Virus record (IMG/VR): IMGVR_UViG_3300028590_000007
Reading direction: 5' to 3' (one strand)
Length of the DNA stretch: 61,346 bases
DNA from: an uncultured virus (IMG/VR IMGVR_UViG_3300028590_000007)
Taxonomy: Duplodnaviria > Heunggongvirae > Uroviricota > Caudoviricetes
Each line of letters begins with the position of its first letter. The stretch's first letter is position 1. The translations under genes were made by a program, and so were the position numbers. The notes beneath the pieces were generated by a model, which was not told the origin of the DNA, made no database searches, and saw nothing but the letters and a program-made list of their open reading frames with translations. Positions 37,663 through 46,341 of this stretch are shown piece after piece.

Positions 37663-38081
37663 TTCTCAAATGCGTCAGGGATACCGAGGGCAGTGGCGAT
37701 CTTTTCCCAGTCCACGTAGTACCTGTTGATACCACGCTCGTCTTTTGTATCAAAGATTACTGGTCCTGCCACATTCGTATCGTCGATATGGTAGTGACTG
37801 AAAGCTTTCGGGCTGGAGGTCCAGTGATGCTGCTGGGGGTTCTTGTTAACAGCCCATAGCGGGATGTTGTTTTTCTTGTACCATTCAATGGGCCCATCGA
37901 GGTGCTTACCACTTCGCATGGTCCATAGGATAATCTTACCGCCTTCTTCTACAATACGTCTAAGCACGGGTGCCGCACCGATGTCGTCTCCCAGATCAGG
38001 GAAACGATGTTTGGTGCACGTACCATCGAAGTCGACAGTAAAGATTTCCCCTTCAAATTTCTTTTTGGGTGTGTCTGTCAT
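37659..38081 (-). CDS. HAD-family phosphatase
   Basis: VDFDGT, ILWTMRSG, SPK, HIDD. Confidence 0.88.
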   Translation of the reverse strand: MTDTPKKKFEGEIFTVDFDGTCTKHRFPDLGDDIGAAPVLRRIVEEGGKIILWTMRSGKHLDGPIEWYKKNNIPLWAVNKNPQQHHWTSSPKAFSHYHIDDTNVAGPVIFDTKDERGINRYYVDWEKIATALGIPDAFEK

Positions 38082-38121
38082 AAAAACAAAGAACCCCGGC
38101 TACCCGTAGGCAGCCGGGGTC
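38082..38121 (-). terminator. Rho-independent terminator
   Basis: accccggct/agccggggt stem plus tctttgttttt directly abutting ATG 38081. Confidence 0.75.
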
Positions 38122-38134
38122 TCAAAGGTTAAGT

Positions 38135-38347
38135 TCAGGAATCTTCTTTACCAATCAAGACGTTGTAGGTCTCGTTCAGATTAGATTCACGTTGTGCGTC
38201 GAGGGTTTGATACCTGTCGTACAATTCGGAAACTCGGTCTTCTGCAACTCCTGCAGTGTGAAGTGCGGTCGTAAAAGCCAGACCTTTGATTTCTCGAATG
38301 CGGTCAGCATCAATCTCGTTGGCGCTCTTGTTCAATTCAGTGGACAT
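38135..38347 (-). CDS. small protein with N-terminal K-x-A motif
   Basis: 70 aa; a perfect TATAAT lies about 14 nt upstream. Confidence 0.75.
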   Translation of the reverse strand: MSTELNKSANEIDADRIREIKGLAFTTALHTAGVAEDRVSELYDRYQTLDAQRESNLNETYNVLIGKEDS

Positions 38348-38389
38348 GCATATGATTTATTATACGCGTGCCCGTTTGTCTATAAAAAA

Positions 38390-38782
38390 TTACAGAGCAG
38401 TCTCAGTCACAGTACCACTCTTCATGGTATGGACGATACTCTCATTAATTTCGTATGCTCCAGTGATAATGAAATCAACATCTGGAAATGCGTTGCGGAT
38501 ATTCTCTGCAACTTCGGTAAACCAATGGGCAAACCTCGCATACACTGCGGTCTCCGGCATGGATGGAGCAACCCAAGCCGTATGGTACTCATAAACGTCC
38601 TCTTGCTCATCGTCGACAGGTTCAGCTTTGATGTAGAAAGTTATCTGTTTCTTCGATGATACGCGGTGTTCGAGTCGGTCCTTTGTGGTGACCTCCCCGT
38701 CGATATAGGCGCACTGGTATTCAGTGAGTCCTTCTGCCTTAGTTTCTTCCTTCTTGGTCTCTGGTTCAGATGTCTGAGTCAT
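38390..38782 (-). CDS. hypothetical protein
   Basis: 130 aa ORF. Confidence 0.75.
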   Translation of the reverse strand: MTQTSEPETKKEETKAEGLTEYQCAYIDGEVTTKDRLEHRVSSKKQITFYIKAEPVDDEQEDVYEYHTAWVAPSMPETAVYARFAHWFTEVAENIRNAFPDVDFIITGAYEINESIVHTMKSGTVTETAL

Positions 38783-39110
38783 TTAATGCGGTGTTGATTT
38801 GTTTTACTAGAGGAACGCCCTGTACGTTGTAAGCAGTCAGATCGATGGTTCGCTTGGTGTTAGAAATGGACGAGTAGGAATACTCAACCTGCAAATCCAC
38901 AACCATGCTTGTGAATTCCTTTGTTCGGCTGATACCTGCTACCCATTCTTTGAACTTCCTACGAATGTCTTCGGTACTTGTAGCTCCCGGAAACAGATGG
39001 TCGGTAGTTCCTGTGAATATCTTCGTGTTGTTATAGAATAGAAGGACTGAGAAGGTGGCCTTCTTGTATCCTTTGTTTTCTACAAAACTGTCAACTGCGT
39101 CTGCGGTCAT
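38766..39110 (-). CDS. hypothetical protein
   Basis: 114 aa ORF, ATGA-coupled. Confidence 0.75.
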   Translation of the reverse strand: MTADAVDSFVENKGYKKATFSVLLFYNNTKIFTGTTDHLFPGATSTEDIRRKFKEWVAGISRTKEFTSMVVDLQVEYSYSSISNTKRTIDLTAYNVQGVPLVKQINTALNDSDI

Positions 39111-39658
39111 ACGATCTCAAAGCCAATCTCCAGTGGGGCTGGAGCAGCCAATGGGGTTTTAGGACGGACCGACTCCAGAAGCTTGTCGATTGCTTTCAGA
39201 GACTTGGCGTCGGTCAGTAGATGCTGGATTTGCTCCGCCTCACCGTCCAATGCTTCCTTGATCTTAAGCTGTATCTGCTTGGGATTCCATTGAGGCAGCT
39301 TGTTAGTGAGATCAACGATCTGCTTCTGCAGCTTATCAACACGCTCCCCTGCTGGGATCGGTTTCAATGCGATCAGGTAACCCTTGTTTGTGTTCGTGCT
39401 GAAGTTGTAGTTATTCTGGATAGATTGCACCAGCGTAACCCTTTCGCTGGATAGATACTCCTTGGCGTCTGCCTCGGCAGCCGCCATCAGCTGTCCACGC
39501 AATGCCGCGATTTGGGTGGAGGCCGCGTCGTATTCCCTTTTAAATTCCTCCTGTGCACGCTGGAACATGGCCTTTGCAACCACCGTACGGGACGGGGTTG
39601 GTTCCATGTTCTTTGGGATGATTGCAGCCTCTTGTTTAGTGACGATTCGTTTTGCCAT
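39107..39658 (-). CDS. hypothetical protein
   Basis: 183 aa ORF. Confidence 0.8.
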   Translation of the reverse strand: MAKRIVTKQEAAIIPKNMEPTPSRTVVAKAMFQRAQEEFKREYDAASTQIAALRGQLMAAAEADAKEYLSSERVTLVQSIQNNYNFSTNTNKGYLIALKPIPAGERVDKLQKQIVDLTNKLPQWNPKQIQLKIKEALDGEAEQIQHLLTDAKSLKAIDKLLESVRPKTPLAAPAPLEIGFEIV

Positions 39659-39693
39659 GTTGCTCTTTGAAATGTCAGAGCAACCACGTTGGA

Positions 39694-40467
39694 TTACTCT
39701 GGAAGTTTGACTACCTTGCCGTCTAGATCGGCAGGGCTTCTATATTCCAGTTTACCGGTTCTCCTGTTACGGAAGAGCTGGTAAAGACGTCCATCACTAC
39801 CAAACTTGGTTCCCCATGTAAGACGGGTGTCAATACCCGCACGTGAGGATTCAGGGCCAGAGAGGTTGTCAATAAACCCGAAGGAGCTGGCATGGACCGC
39901 CTGCATTTCAGGAGTGATCGATTCGTCACTGGCAATACCACCGGGACCCATCTGGGTGATCCGGCGTGCAGACTCAATGAGCTGCATCGGGTTAATCTCC
40001 TCCAGAGGGGAAGACAGTGGGTTGTTTACCAACTGCTTCTCCGTATATTCGTCAAACGCAAGGGGTCCCAAGACAGACAGATTCTTTCTGTGGGCTGCCA
40101 TACGCAGCAGTCTTTTACGGACTTGACCTGCATCCGTGCGAATACGTTGTGAGAGGAGTTTGTCCGTGGTGAAGACTTTCTTGAAGGCTTGACTGTCCCG
40201 TTCATCGGTGTCAGCAAGCCCTCGGTTGACCGCTAGGAGCTTCTCGGTAGCCGCAAGGATACCGTTGATACCGACAGGCACATACGGCTCTTGGTCGGCG
40301 TCATAATCGTAGTCGTTGGCGCGTTCTATAGGCTTCTCTGATTTCTCAAGAGTAGTCTTAATCGCTGCAGGTGGTTGCGGGGGACTTACGGGTTCCGGCA
40401 CGTAAGCGTTCTTCTGCATATCGACTCTGTCAGCGAGCCAACTTTTGAATTTGTTTTTAGAGTCCAT
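39694..40467 (-). CDS. RNA polymerase beta subunit, middle (fork/rifampicin-pocket) fragment
   Basis: SSPLEEINPMQLIESARRITQMGPGGI...VHASSFGFID...PES..AGI matches RpoB SQFMDQxNPLSE.THKRR.SALGPGG...VH.THYGR.CPIETPEG.NIGL. Confidence 0.9.
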   Translation of the reverse strand: MDSKNKFKSWLADRVDMQKNAYVPEPVSPPQPPAAIKTTLEKSEKPIERANDYDYDADQEPYVPVGINGILAATEKLLAVNRGLADTDERDSQAFKKVFTTDKLLSQRIRTDAGQVRKRLLRMAAHRKNLSVLGPLAFDEYTEKQLVNNPLSSPLEEINPMQLIESARRITQMGPGGIASDESITPEMQAVHASSFGFIDNLSGPESSRAGIDTRLTWGTKFGSDGRLYQLFRNRRTGKLEYRSPADLDGKVVKLPE

Positions 40468-41915
40468 TAACGGTCAAGGTATGAAATCAGTCTCTCGAAG
40501 TCTGTATCGACATCTCCAGTAGTCCAGAACTCATCCGCGTTTTCCAGATAGTTCATGACAACAGCAGTGTTCACACTATGGGCACCGGACTTGAGCAGGT
40601 GATATTTAAGCTCCTGCTTCTGCTTGTACTCCTCCATGGCTTTTGCAACCTCTTCACGTCGGGTGGGTTGTTCTATCAGCTTGAGAGGGTCAATAGCCCA
40701 GTTTTTGAGAGCAAAGGCGCGACGAGGAGTAGGCTTCCGTTTGAAAACCTCACCATGTCGCTGCTTGAAGCTCTTCCAGCGTTTGATCTGTCTGTCATCA
40801 TCAGGTGTTCTCTTACCATTCGAGTAACCTTGATACCACGAAATCCACCCTTTGGGATCACTTCCTTCAGGGAACCAACGTTCAGGCCAGTGTTCCATAC
40901 TGGCAAGACGAGGGGTGTCCTCTGAGAAGATCTGGTCGTATGACTCTCCCATTTCTTCACCGGATAGATCAGGATTAAACTCACTGGAGGCGGACTTAAT
41001 TACCTCAGGTATTTCCAAGTCGGGGAGGAAGTCCATTTTTTCCAGCTCTTGGTCCATCACTTTCCTTGCGGTTTCTTTCGCTTCCCATTGTTGTCTCCAC
41101 GATGCGGACTTTGTGCGGTCAAACATGTTGGGAAGATTGCGGCTGGCAACCTTCTCGTGGATCATGGCGCGATTGAGTGCTTGGTTGATCAGTTCTACTT
41201 TCTCCTCGCGATTGGCTGTCGGGGGACGCATGAAACGAGGTACAAGCCTTTCGTAGGCTTTGTCGAACACGCGGGAATCGTATTTTGATCTGTTGGCTTC
41301 GACGATGTCTGCTCCCCACATCTCCTCCAATTGCTTGTCGGGAATGCCCATGTCTTTCAACAGGGAGTACATGTGTAGGTTGGAGTTATGCACGGCAAGA
41401 CGGTACTGCGCGGAATTGGGTTCGAAGTGAATACGGAAGGTATTCCCTGAACCGGGCCGTACGTTGAACTGAGTCTCGTAGTTACCGTTCTTTTGCTGAC
41501 GTGTATAAACTCCGGGAAGGAGGCGGGATTGTGCGAGCGAGATGTATTCGTTGCCGTTGTGGATGAACGTACCCCTGTTCGTGAGGTAGGGAGTACGCAT
41601 TAGGGTGGTTTTCTTTTGGTCGAGAAGATCGCCTGTCTTCTCGTCGAACAACTTGATGTTACCCCGGAGACGGCGCCCAAGGAAACGGTTGCTCATCAAT
41701 GCCTTCTTCTGTTCCGGAATGTCGTACTCATCCGGGTCGACATATTCCAGACCATCAAGTTCCATCCGCACACCTCCGTACGACTGGGGGAAAGATCTCT
41801 GCATCGCATCCATCGTTTGGGTATAGATGTCGTTGCGCAGGGTTTTGAAATCCGACGGGTCTCTGAGGGTGACTCCTTCAGGGATAGTCGGCTCTTCTTT
41901 CTTAGGTCCAGTCAT
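40467..41915 (-). CDS. RNA polymerase beta subunit N-terminal fragment with fused C-terminal DPxGW domain
   Basis: TPYLTNRGTFIHNGNEYISLAQSRLLPGVY matches RpoB IPLMT..GTFIING.ERV.VSQ..RSPGV. Confidence 0.88.
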   Translation of the reverse strand: MTGPKKEEPTIPEGVTLRDPSDFKTLRNDIYTQTMDAMQRSFPQSYGGVRMELDGLEYVDPDEYDIPEQKKALMSNRFLGRRLRGNIKLFDEKTGDLLDQKKTTLMRTPYLTNRGTFIHNGNEYISLAQSRLLPGVYTRQQKNGNYETQFNVRPGSGNTFRIHFEPNSAQYRLAVHNSNLHMYSLLKDMGIPDKQLEEMWGADIVEANRSKYDSRVFDKAYERLVPRFMRPPTANREEKVELINQALNRAMIHEKVASRNLPNMFDRTKSASWRQQWEAKETARKVMDQELEKMDFLPDLEIPEVIKSASSEFNPDLSGEEMGESYDQIFSEDTPRLASMEHWPERWFPEGSDPKGWISWYQGYSNGKRTPDDDRQIKRWKSFKQRHGEVFKRKPTPRRAFALKNWAIDPLKLIEQPTRREEVAKAMEEYKQKQELKYHLLKSGAHSVNTAVVMNYLENADEFWTTGDVDTDFERLISYLDR

Positions 41916-41943
41916 ACAAAGGTAGTTTAGCAGTTAGAGCAGG

Positions 41944-42246
41944 TTAATCAACAACCGTGTAGCCAAATTGAAGCTGTAACCACGAGGACAACACATGCAT
42001 GCAGCGTGGGTTGTGCGGGCTATCCTCGAAATAATGGACGAGTTTGAACTCACTCTGCTCAGGGTAGAACTGAACATACCACACGTCAGATATTTTGTAC
42101 AAACCCTTACCCCTGTAACCAGCCTTCACGTAGTGACGTCCCATAAGGACATACGCTATGTTGGCTACGATAGCTTCCTTGTCCTTCTTAAGGGTGGCTT
42201 TCAGGCTAGAAGGTATGGCGAAGCGTGCGTCTTCTAGTCGTGTCAC
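41944..42246 (-). CDS. hypothetical protein
   Basis: GTG 42246 overlaps the NADAR TGA. Confidence 0.6.
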   Translation of the reverse strand: MTRLEDARFAIPSSLKATLKKDKEAIVANIAYVLMGRHYVKAGYRGKGLYKISDVWYVQFYPEQSEFKLVHYFEDSPHNPRCMHVLSSWLQLQFGYTVVD

Positions 42247-42791
42247 AAAGGGACAGCACCTTCTACCAGTTTCAGCTGGAGTTCGGTTCGCACCTCCATC
42301 CAGAGATTGCCAAGGACATTTTTGCCATCCTTCTTTATACCCCATCCCCAGAAAGGATCACGCCATGAGTTTTCGATAAGAGGTCGGTCTTCCGTTTGCA
42401 TCAGCTTCCGGTAGACGTATTCGTGTTGCTCCACCTTGGCTTGCAAGATGCGCTTCATGATGTGGACTCTTACCTCATACCAATCCTCACGCTGAAGATG
42501 CTTATGATTTTGTGCGATCTGATATGCCTCGTGGGCTGAACGGGACCGTTTGATCAGATCTCGAACATGGAACTCACCCGGGAATTTCTCCCAGTGATAC
42601 GCATGCTCTGAAGTGTCGAAGTCCCAGTCTTCCCATATAAGACGGAAGGATGAGAAGTTTGATAGTGGATAGAACTCGCGTTCATAGAAGAACACAGGGT
42701 CCTTGTTAGTGGGGGAATGGTCCTCCACTTCTCCTGCTTTCTTGAACATCTCGTTCTCCGCAGCCTGAAAAAGCGAATCGAACTTATCCAT
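42243..42791 (-). CDS. NADAR (YbiA-like) family protein
   Basis: LSNFS, TSEHAYHWEKF, REDW, MKRILQAK, LIENSWRDPFWG, GKNVLGNLWMEVR. Confidence 0.93.
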   Translation of the reverse strand: MDKFDSLFQAAENEMFKKAGEVEDHSPTNKDPVFFYEREFYPLSNFSSFRLIWEDWDFDTSEHAYHWEKFPGEFHVRDLIKRSRSAHEAYQIAQNHKHLQREDWYEVRVHIMKRILQAKVEQHEYVYRKLMQTEDRPLIENSWRDPFWGWGIKKDGKNVLGNLWMEVRTELQLKLVEGAVPL

Positions 42792-43005
42792 TCTGCAGTG
42801 CTCCTACCATGGTTCCTTCCCATTCAGGATGCCCACATGCTTGTGCAAGTGAAGCTGACATCTTATAGGGTGTAAAGCTGGTTGAGGGTTCTGGGGAGGT
42901 CAGGTTCTCCAGCTTCTGCTCCGCCTTCAGTCGGCAGTGTTCGCAGCTCTCCTCCGACTTGATGATCATCTTGAGTTCTTCCTTCTTCTTGGTTTTCTTG
43001 GACAT
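42784..43005 (-). CDS. small hypothetical protein (CxxC)
   Basis: 73 aa ORF; overlaps the next upstream ORF. Confidence 0.5.
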   Translation of the reverse strand: MSKKTKKKEELKMIIKSEESCEHCRLKAEQKLENLTSPEPSTSFTPYKMSASLAQACGHPEWEGTMVGALQNG

Positions 43006-43183
43006 TGCTTGGTATTGGTAAGTGTTCTAAATATTCAAGTACTTGTTGTGCTACCACGTAGATGTAATCCTCATCCTGCGTGATATCTTCGTCCGTCTGT
43101 CTCATTTCTTCACGAAAGAAATCCCGTTCTTCCATGATGACGTGGTTACACAGGCGGACGACTTTACTGAAAAGGTTATCCAT
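42863..43183 (-). CDS. hypothetical protein
   Basis: ATG 43183 overlaps the end of thyX. Confidence 0.55.
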   Translation of the reverse strand: MDNLFSKVVRLCNHVIMEERDFFREEMRQTDEDITQDEDYIYVVAQQVLEYLEHLPIPSNVQENQEEGRTQDDHQVGGELRTLPTEGGAEAGEPDLPRTLNQLYTL

Positions 43184-44000
43184 GGACCGTATTATGTGGG
43201 ATGGTCTGTCTCCATTGCAGGAACGACCAATCGAAGTTGCCTGAAAACTTACCCATGAAGTTCCCACTTTCCAGCCCGTTGAGGACCTGCGCCTGATGCT
43301 CCGTAGGGGAAGCATGCACAGGACGAGATACTACGAGCTGCTGATAGATCTTGTCTGCAGTGGCTTGCGAATCGTTTGCTGTCCTGTACGACACTTGTGC
43401 GCACAGGGATGCGGACATCTTCAGGTTGTCCTCAGTACCTTCCTTGGAGTCGACATATGGGATATGCCATTCTCCGATCTGAAGGAGCTGTGGATCGGAA
43501 TTGTCCAACGCGATACGCATCATATGTGCGAGGTACTTGATTTCCGGTTGCGCGTCTTTGTGATCGCGCAGAGCAAAGAAGTTGTTCCAGTCTGTAGCTG
43601 TTACAACAACCTTGATGTTTTGGTATGGCTCCAGAATACGGTTTACGTTCTGTTTGTGCGCACCAGTGACTTTGGACAGAATCCAAGCCTTGATACACGC
43701 ATCCTTGGCGTAAAGTTTCCAAAGCCATTTTGCTACTCTGAGCCGCCAACCTGTCAGTTCCTCGCCAGCTGACATACCTTTCTTGTTCTTTCCCCAGTAA
43801 ACAAACTCGCTTGGGTTGTTCCAAACGTGATTGATCATTTTCTCAATGGGGATAGCTCTCGAACTGGCACTATTGCGGGAGAACTTTCGGTGGGTCAGGA
43901 ACTCGGCATGTATGAATCGTTGGTATTCGATCTCGAATGTGACGATCTCCTTTCCGCTCACAGCAGACTTACTGTGTTTGATGATTTTAACTTTGGTCAT
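43176..44000 (-). CDS. thyX: flavin-dependent thymidylate synthase
   Basis: RFIHAEFLTHRKFSRNSASSRAIP, HKQNVNRILEP, FFALRDHKDAQPEI, HASPTEH. Confidence 0.92.
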   Translation of the reverse strand: MTKVKIIKHSKSAVSGKEIVTFEIEYQRFIHAEFLTHRKFSRNSASSRAIPIEKMINHVWNNPSEFVYWGKNKKGMSAGEELTGWRLRVAKWLWKLYAKDACIKAWILSKVTGAHKQNVNRILEPYQNIKVVVTATDWNNFFALRDHKDAQPEIKYLAHMMRIALDNSDPQLLQIGEWHIPYVDSKEGTEDNLKMSASLCAQVSYRTANDSQATADKIYQQLVVSRPVHASPTEHQAQVLNGLESGNFMGKFSGNFDWSFLQWRQTIPHNTVHG

Positions 44001-44038
44001 AAATGAAAAAGGGGAGGATTATTAGTCCTCCCCTTTTT
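44001..44038. terminator. bidirectional-type terminator hairpin
   Basis: aaaaaggggagga-ttattag-tcctccccttttt. Confidence 0.75.
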
Positions 44039-44049
44039 GTTAACAGTAT

Positions 44050-44658
44050 TTATCGACGGATGTAAACCCGGCTTCCGTGGATCTCAGTGACCCGATAGTT
44101 TCCTGACGGGACTGAGAGTTCGGTACCAGATTCAACCGTATCGGCTTTGTCCAGTTGTGAGACGATGCGATCAAAGTCGTCACCGTTCAGACCCAGCGGG
44201 ATTGCCGGGACCTCGGACTCGTTTTGCAGCTTACGCCACGGGACTTCATAGGAACCGTCCTTGGAGTAGACAAGTTCCAGCACGTTTTGTTCACCTGCAG
44301 CTTCAGGAGAATTCCGTGCCGATGTATAGAAGCCACCGGGAACACATGAGATGGCGTGGACGAACTCCTCGCCTTTCTTACCGCTTACGTACACGTAGAA
44401 TTGTCGACCAACCAGATTGGCCCAACCACCTACGGGGAGGGTGTTCGGATCGTTACCGGGGTGATAACCATATGCCTTGCGAAACACTTCCGCAGTACAT
44501 GGTCGGGTCCAGCGACGGGTACCTGTACCTCCAACGACAAGATAGGAGATGGAGTATTTTTTAACTCCATCCTCGTCTTCCGTTACGTTAGGGTGCGACA
44601 ACCGTGCTGCTTTAACACGCCGGTAGTCACTCAGTTTGCTCTTTTTCAGTTCACTCAT
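44050..44658 (-). CDS. hypothetical protein
   Basis: 202 aa ORF. Confidence 0.8.
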   Translation of the reverse strand: MSELKKSKLSDYRRVKAARLSHPNVTEDEDGVKKYSISYLVVGGTGTRRWTRPCTAEVFRKAYGYHPGNDPNTLPVGGWANLVGRQFYVYVSGKKGEEFVHAISCVPGGFYTSARNSPEAAGEQNVLELVYSKDGSYEVPWRKLQNESEVPAIPLGLNGDDFDRIVSQLDKADTVESGTELSVPSGNYRVTEIHGSRVYIRR

Positions 44659-45131
44659 TAATCAGTTTTCTTTTGTTGGGTAGAAGGAATGTGATACGGG
44701 AGATTGTTCTTTTTGTAAAACAAAATCTGCTCGATGATAGGCGCTGAGCCTGCATCTGAACACTGGGGACAACCTGCTGTGTGGTAGTACTTTCCTCGGA
44801 GAATCCTGAACCCATGATCCCCCTTTTGTTCTTCAATATGCCACCAGATCTCCTTGCACTTCACGCAGCACAGATGCGCATACTCCGGTGAGGCATCCCT
44901 CTCGCAGCTTTTGCATATGTTGCTGATAGCTTGTGGTATTACCCCTGTGTGTACGAGGGGCATTTCGGTGATTGGTTTCTTGTATCCACACGCACACCTG
45001 ATGGTAGGAATATGCGCGATTGGAGGTGTTGCCTCCTTGTCCAATACCTCATAGATCTCCTCAGGCGTAAGATCACGCTTCAGAATAGCTTCGTATTGCT
45101 TTTTCTTATCTTTGTCTTCCTCTGAGGACAT
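44658..45131 (-). CDS. Cys-rich putative Zn-binding protein
   Basis: CAC, CKSC, CVKC, CPQC. Confidence 0.75.
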   Translation of the reverse strand: MSSEEDKDKKKQYEAILKRDLTPEEIYEVLDKEATPPIAHIPTIRCACGYKKPITEMPLVHTGVIPQAISNICKSCERDASPEYAHLCCVKCKEIWWHIEEQKGDHGFRILRGKYYHTAGCPQCSDAGSAPIIEQILFYKKNNLPYHIPSTQQKKTD

Positions 45132-45174
45132 CCTAGAGTTCTATGTCCTTGTCACTGATGCGTCAATGACAAAA

Positions 45175-45687
45175 TCACCAGTCATAGTAGAAGGAGATGC
45201 ACTGGTTATCAATCGCCCACTCGTACAACTCTTTAGCAAGATCGTCAAACGGCAAGGACAGTTCGAGCATATAACTTTGCGGCGAAGCGCCGTATGTTTT
45301 TGCAGTGAATCTACCAATGCATATCTCCTCCTCCCCCTCGGTGCCACCATACGCTGTCTCCATCATGTCGTATAAGTCGACCAGTTGATGCCTCTCGACC
45401 CAGTCTCCTCTCTCAACAGGGAAAACATCTTCCGCCCGGCAGTAGGTATCTTTGGGCAACTGTAGATCTTCTTTTACCTTGGCTGCCCAAGCATTAACGC
45501 GTTCTTGCAATGGATGCTGTACATAAGATTTGGGAGACCAGCCTGAGAACTGGCTGAGGAGTTCCAGTTTCTCAAAATATGGTAAGTCACTGTTTTTAAT
45601 CTCAGCAACATTACCTGCTCGTATCAGCTTGATCCTATCCTCTCGACTTGAGAAGGAGGAATGTAGTTCTTTAAAAGATTGGCTCAT
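45175..45687 (-). CDS. hypothetical protein
   Basis: 170 aa ORF. Confidence 0.8.
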   Translation of the reverse strand: MSQSFKELHSSFSSREDRIKLIRAGNVAEIKNSDLPYFEKLELLSQFSGWSPKSYVQHPLQERVNAWAAKVKEDLQLPKDTYCRAEDVFPVERGDWVERHQLVDLYDMMETAYGGTEGEEEICIGRFTAKTYGASPQSYMLELSLPFDDLAKELYEWAIDNQCISFYYDW

Positions 45688-45979
45688 TGTTGTCTTCAGG
45701 ATATGGGTCCCAATATTCTTCTACGATCAGAGGTGCTTCGGGTATAGCATTCAGATCGTTTATTCGTTCGTTTGTACGAGGTTCAAACTCGTCGTCTCCG
45801 TCTAATACTTCCCCACTGCCGTCGTAACACTCCGGGTGCCAGTCTTGTTGCCAGAAGTCCCCGCCATCCACAAGAATGTGTTTCTTGTACCACAGCCCGG
45901 GCAGGATAGGTTCGCCACACCAGACGCAGCAACGAGAACGTTTTGTCCTATGTAGGCGCGTGCTTAATGTGTAACTCAT
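45671..45979 (-). CDS. Zn-finger protein (CxxC...HxxC)
   Basis: CVWCGEPILPG...WHPEC. Confidence 0.75.
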   Translation of the reverse strand: MSYTLSTRLHRTKRSRCCVWCGEPILPGLWYKKHILVDGGDFWQQDWHPECYDGSGEVLDGDDEFEPRTNERINDLNAIPEAPLIVEEYWDPYPEDNNEPIF

Positions 45980-46341
45980 TCCAGTGATAGAACGTACTTA
46001 CCGGATAAACGCCGCTTGCTGTAGTAAACAGACAAGGTGTTCTGTAACTGAATACGATTCCAGCTTTCCAGAGTTACGTTGAAGTAATCCTTGTATCCCT
46101 CAGGGGTGGACACCCATAAGTGATACGAAGGCGGGACATAATCCGTAGTAGGGATGTAGGTGTTGTTTCCTGCGTAGATAAGGTTGGTCGTGTAGTAACC
46201 GTCCGACCATGTCTTTTCGTAAACAGTACCTACCGTAGCCGTCTTAGGTAACGCCGCGTGTTCGTAGATCAACCCTCCAACCAGCAGTACGCCAGCAAAT
46301 ATCAGCGTTGGCCATAGGGGGCTTGTTTTGTAGTTCATCAT
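45976..46341 (-). CDS. membrane-anchored hypothetical protein
   Basis: N-terminal hydrophobic helix. Confidence 0.75.
   Translation of the reverse strand: MMNYKTSPLWPTLIFAGVLLVGGLIYEHAALPKTATVGTVYEKTWSDGYYTTNLIYAGNNTYIPTTDYVPPSYHLWVSTPEGYKDYFNVTLESWNRIQLQNTLSVYYSKRRLSGKYVLSLE

Noticed and set aside
39694..41915. Frameshift, intron or pseudogene explanation for the split beta fragments
   Set aside because: The ORFs are cleanly TAATG-coupled, each has its own terminal extension, and conserved motifs are intact.
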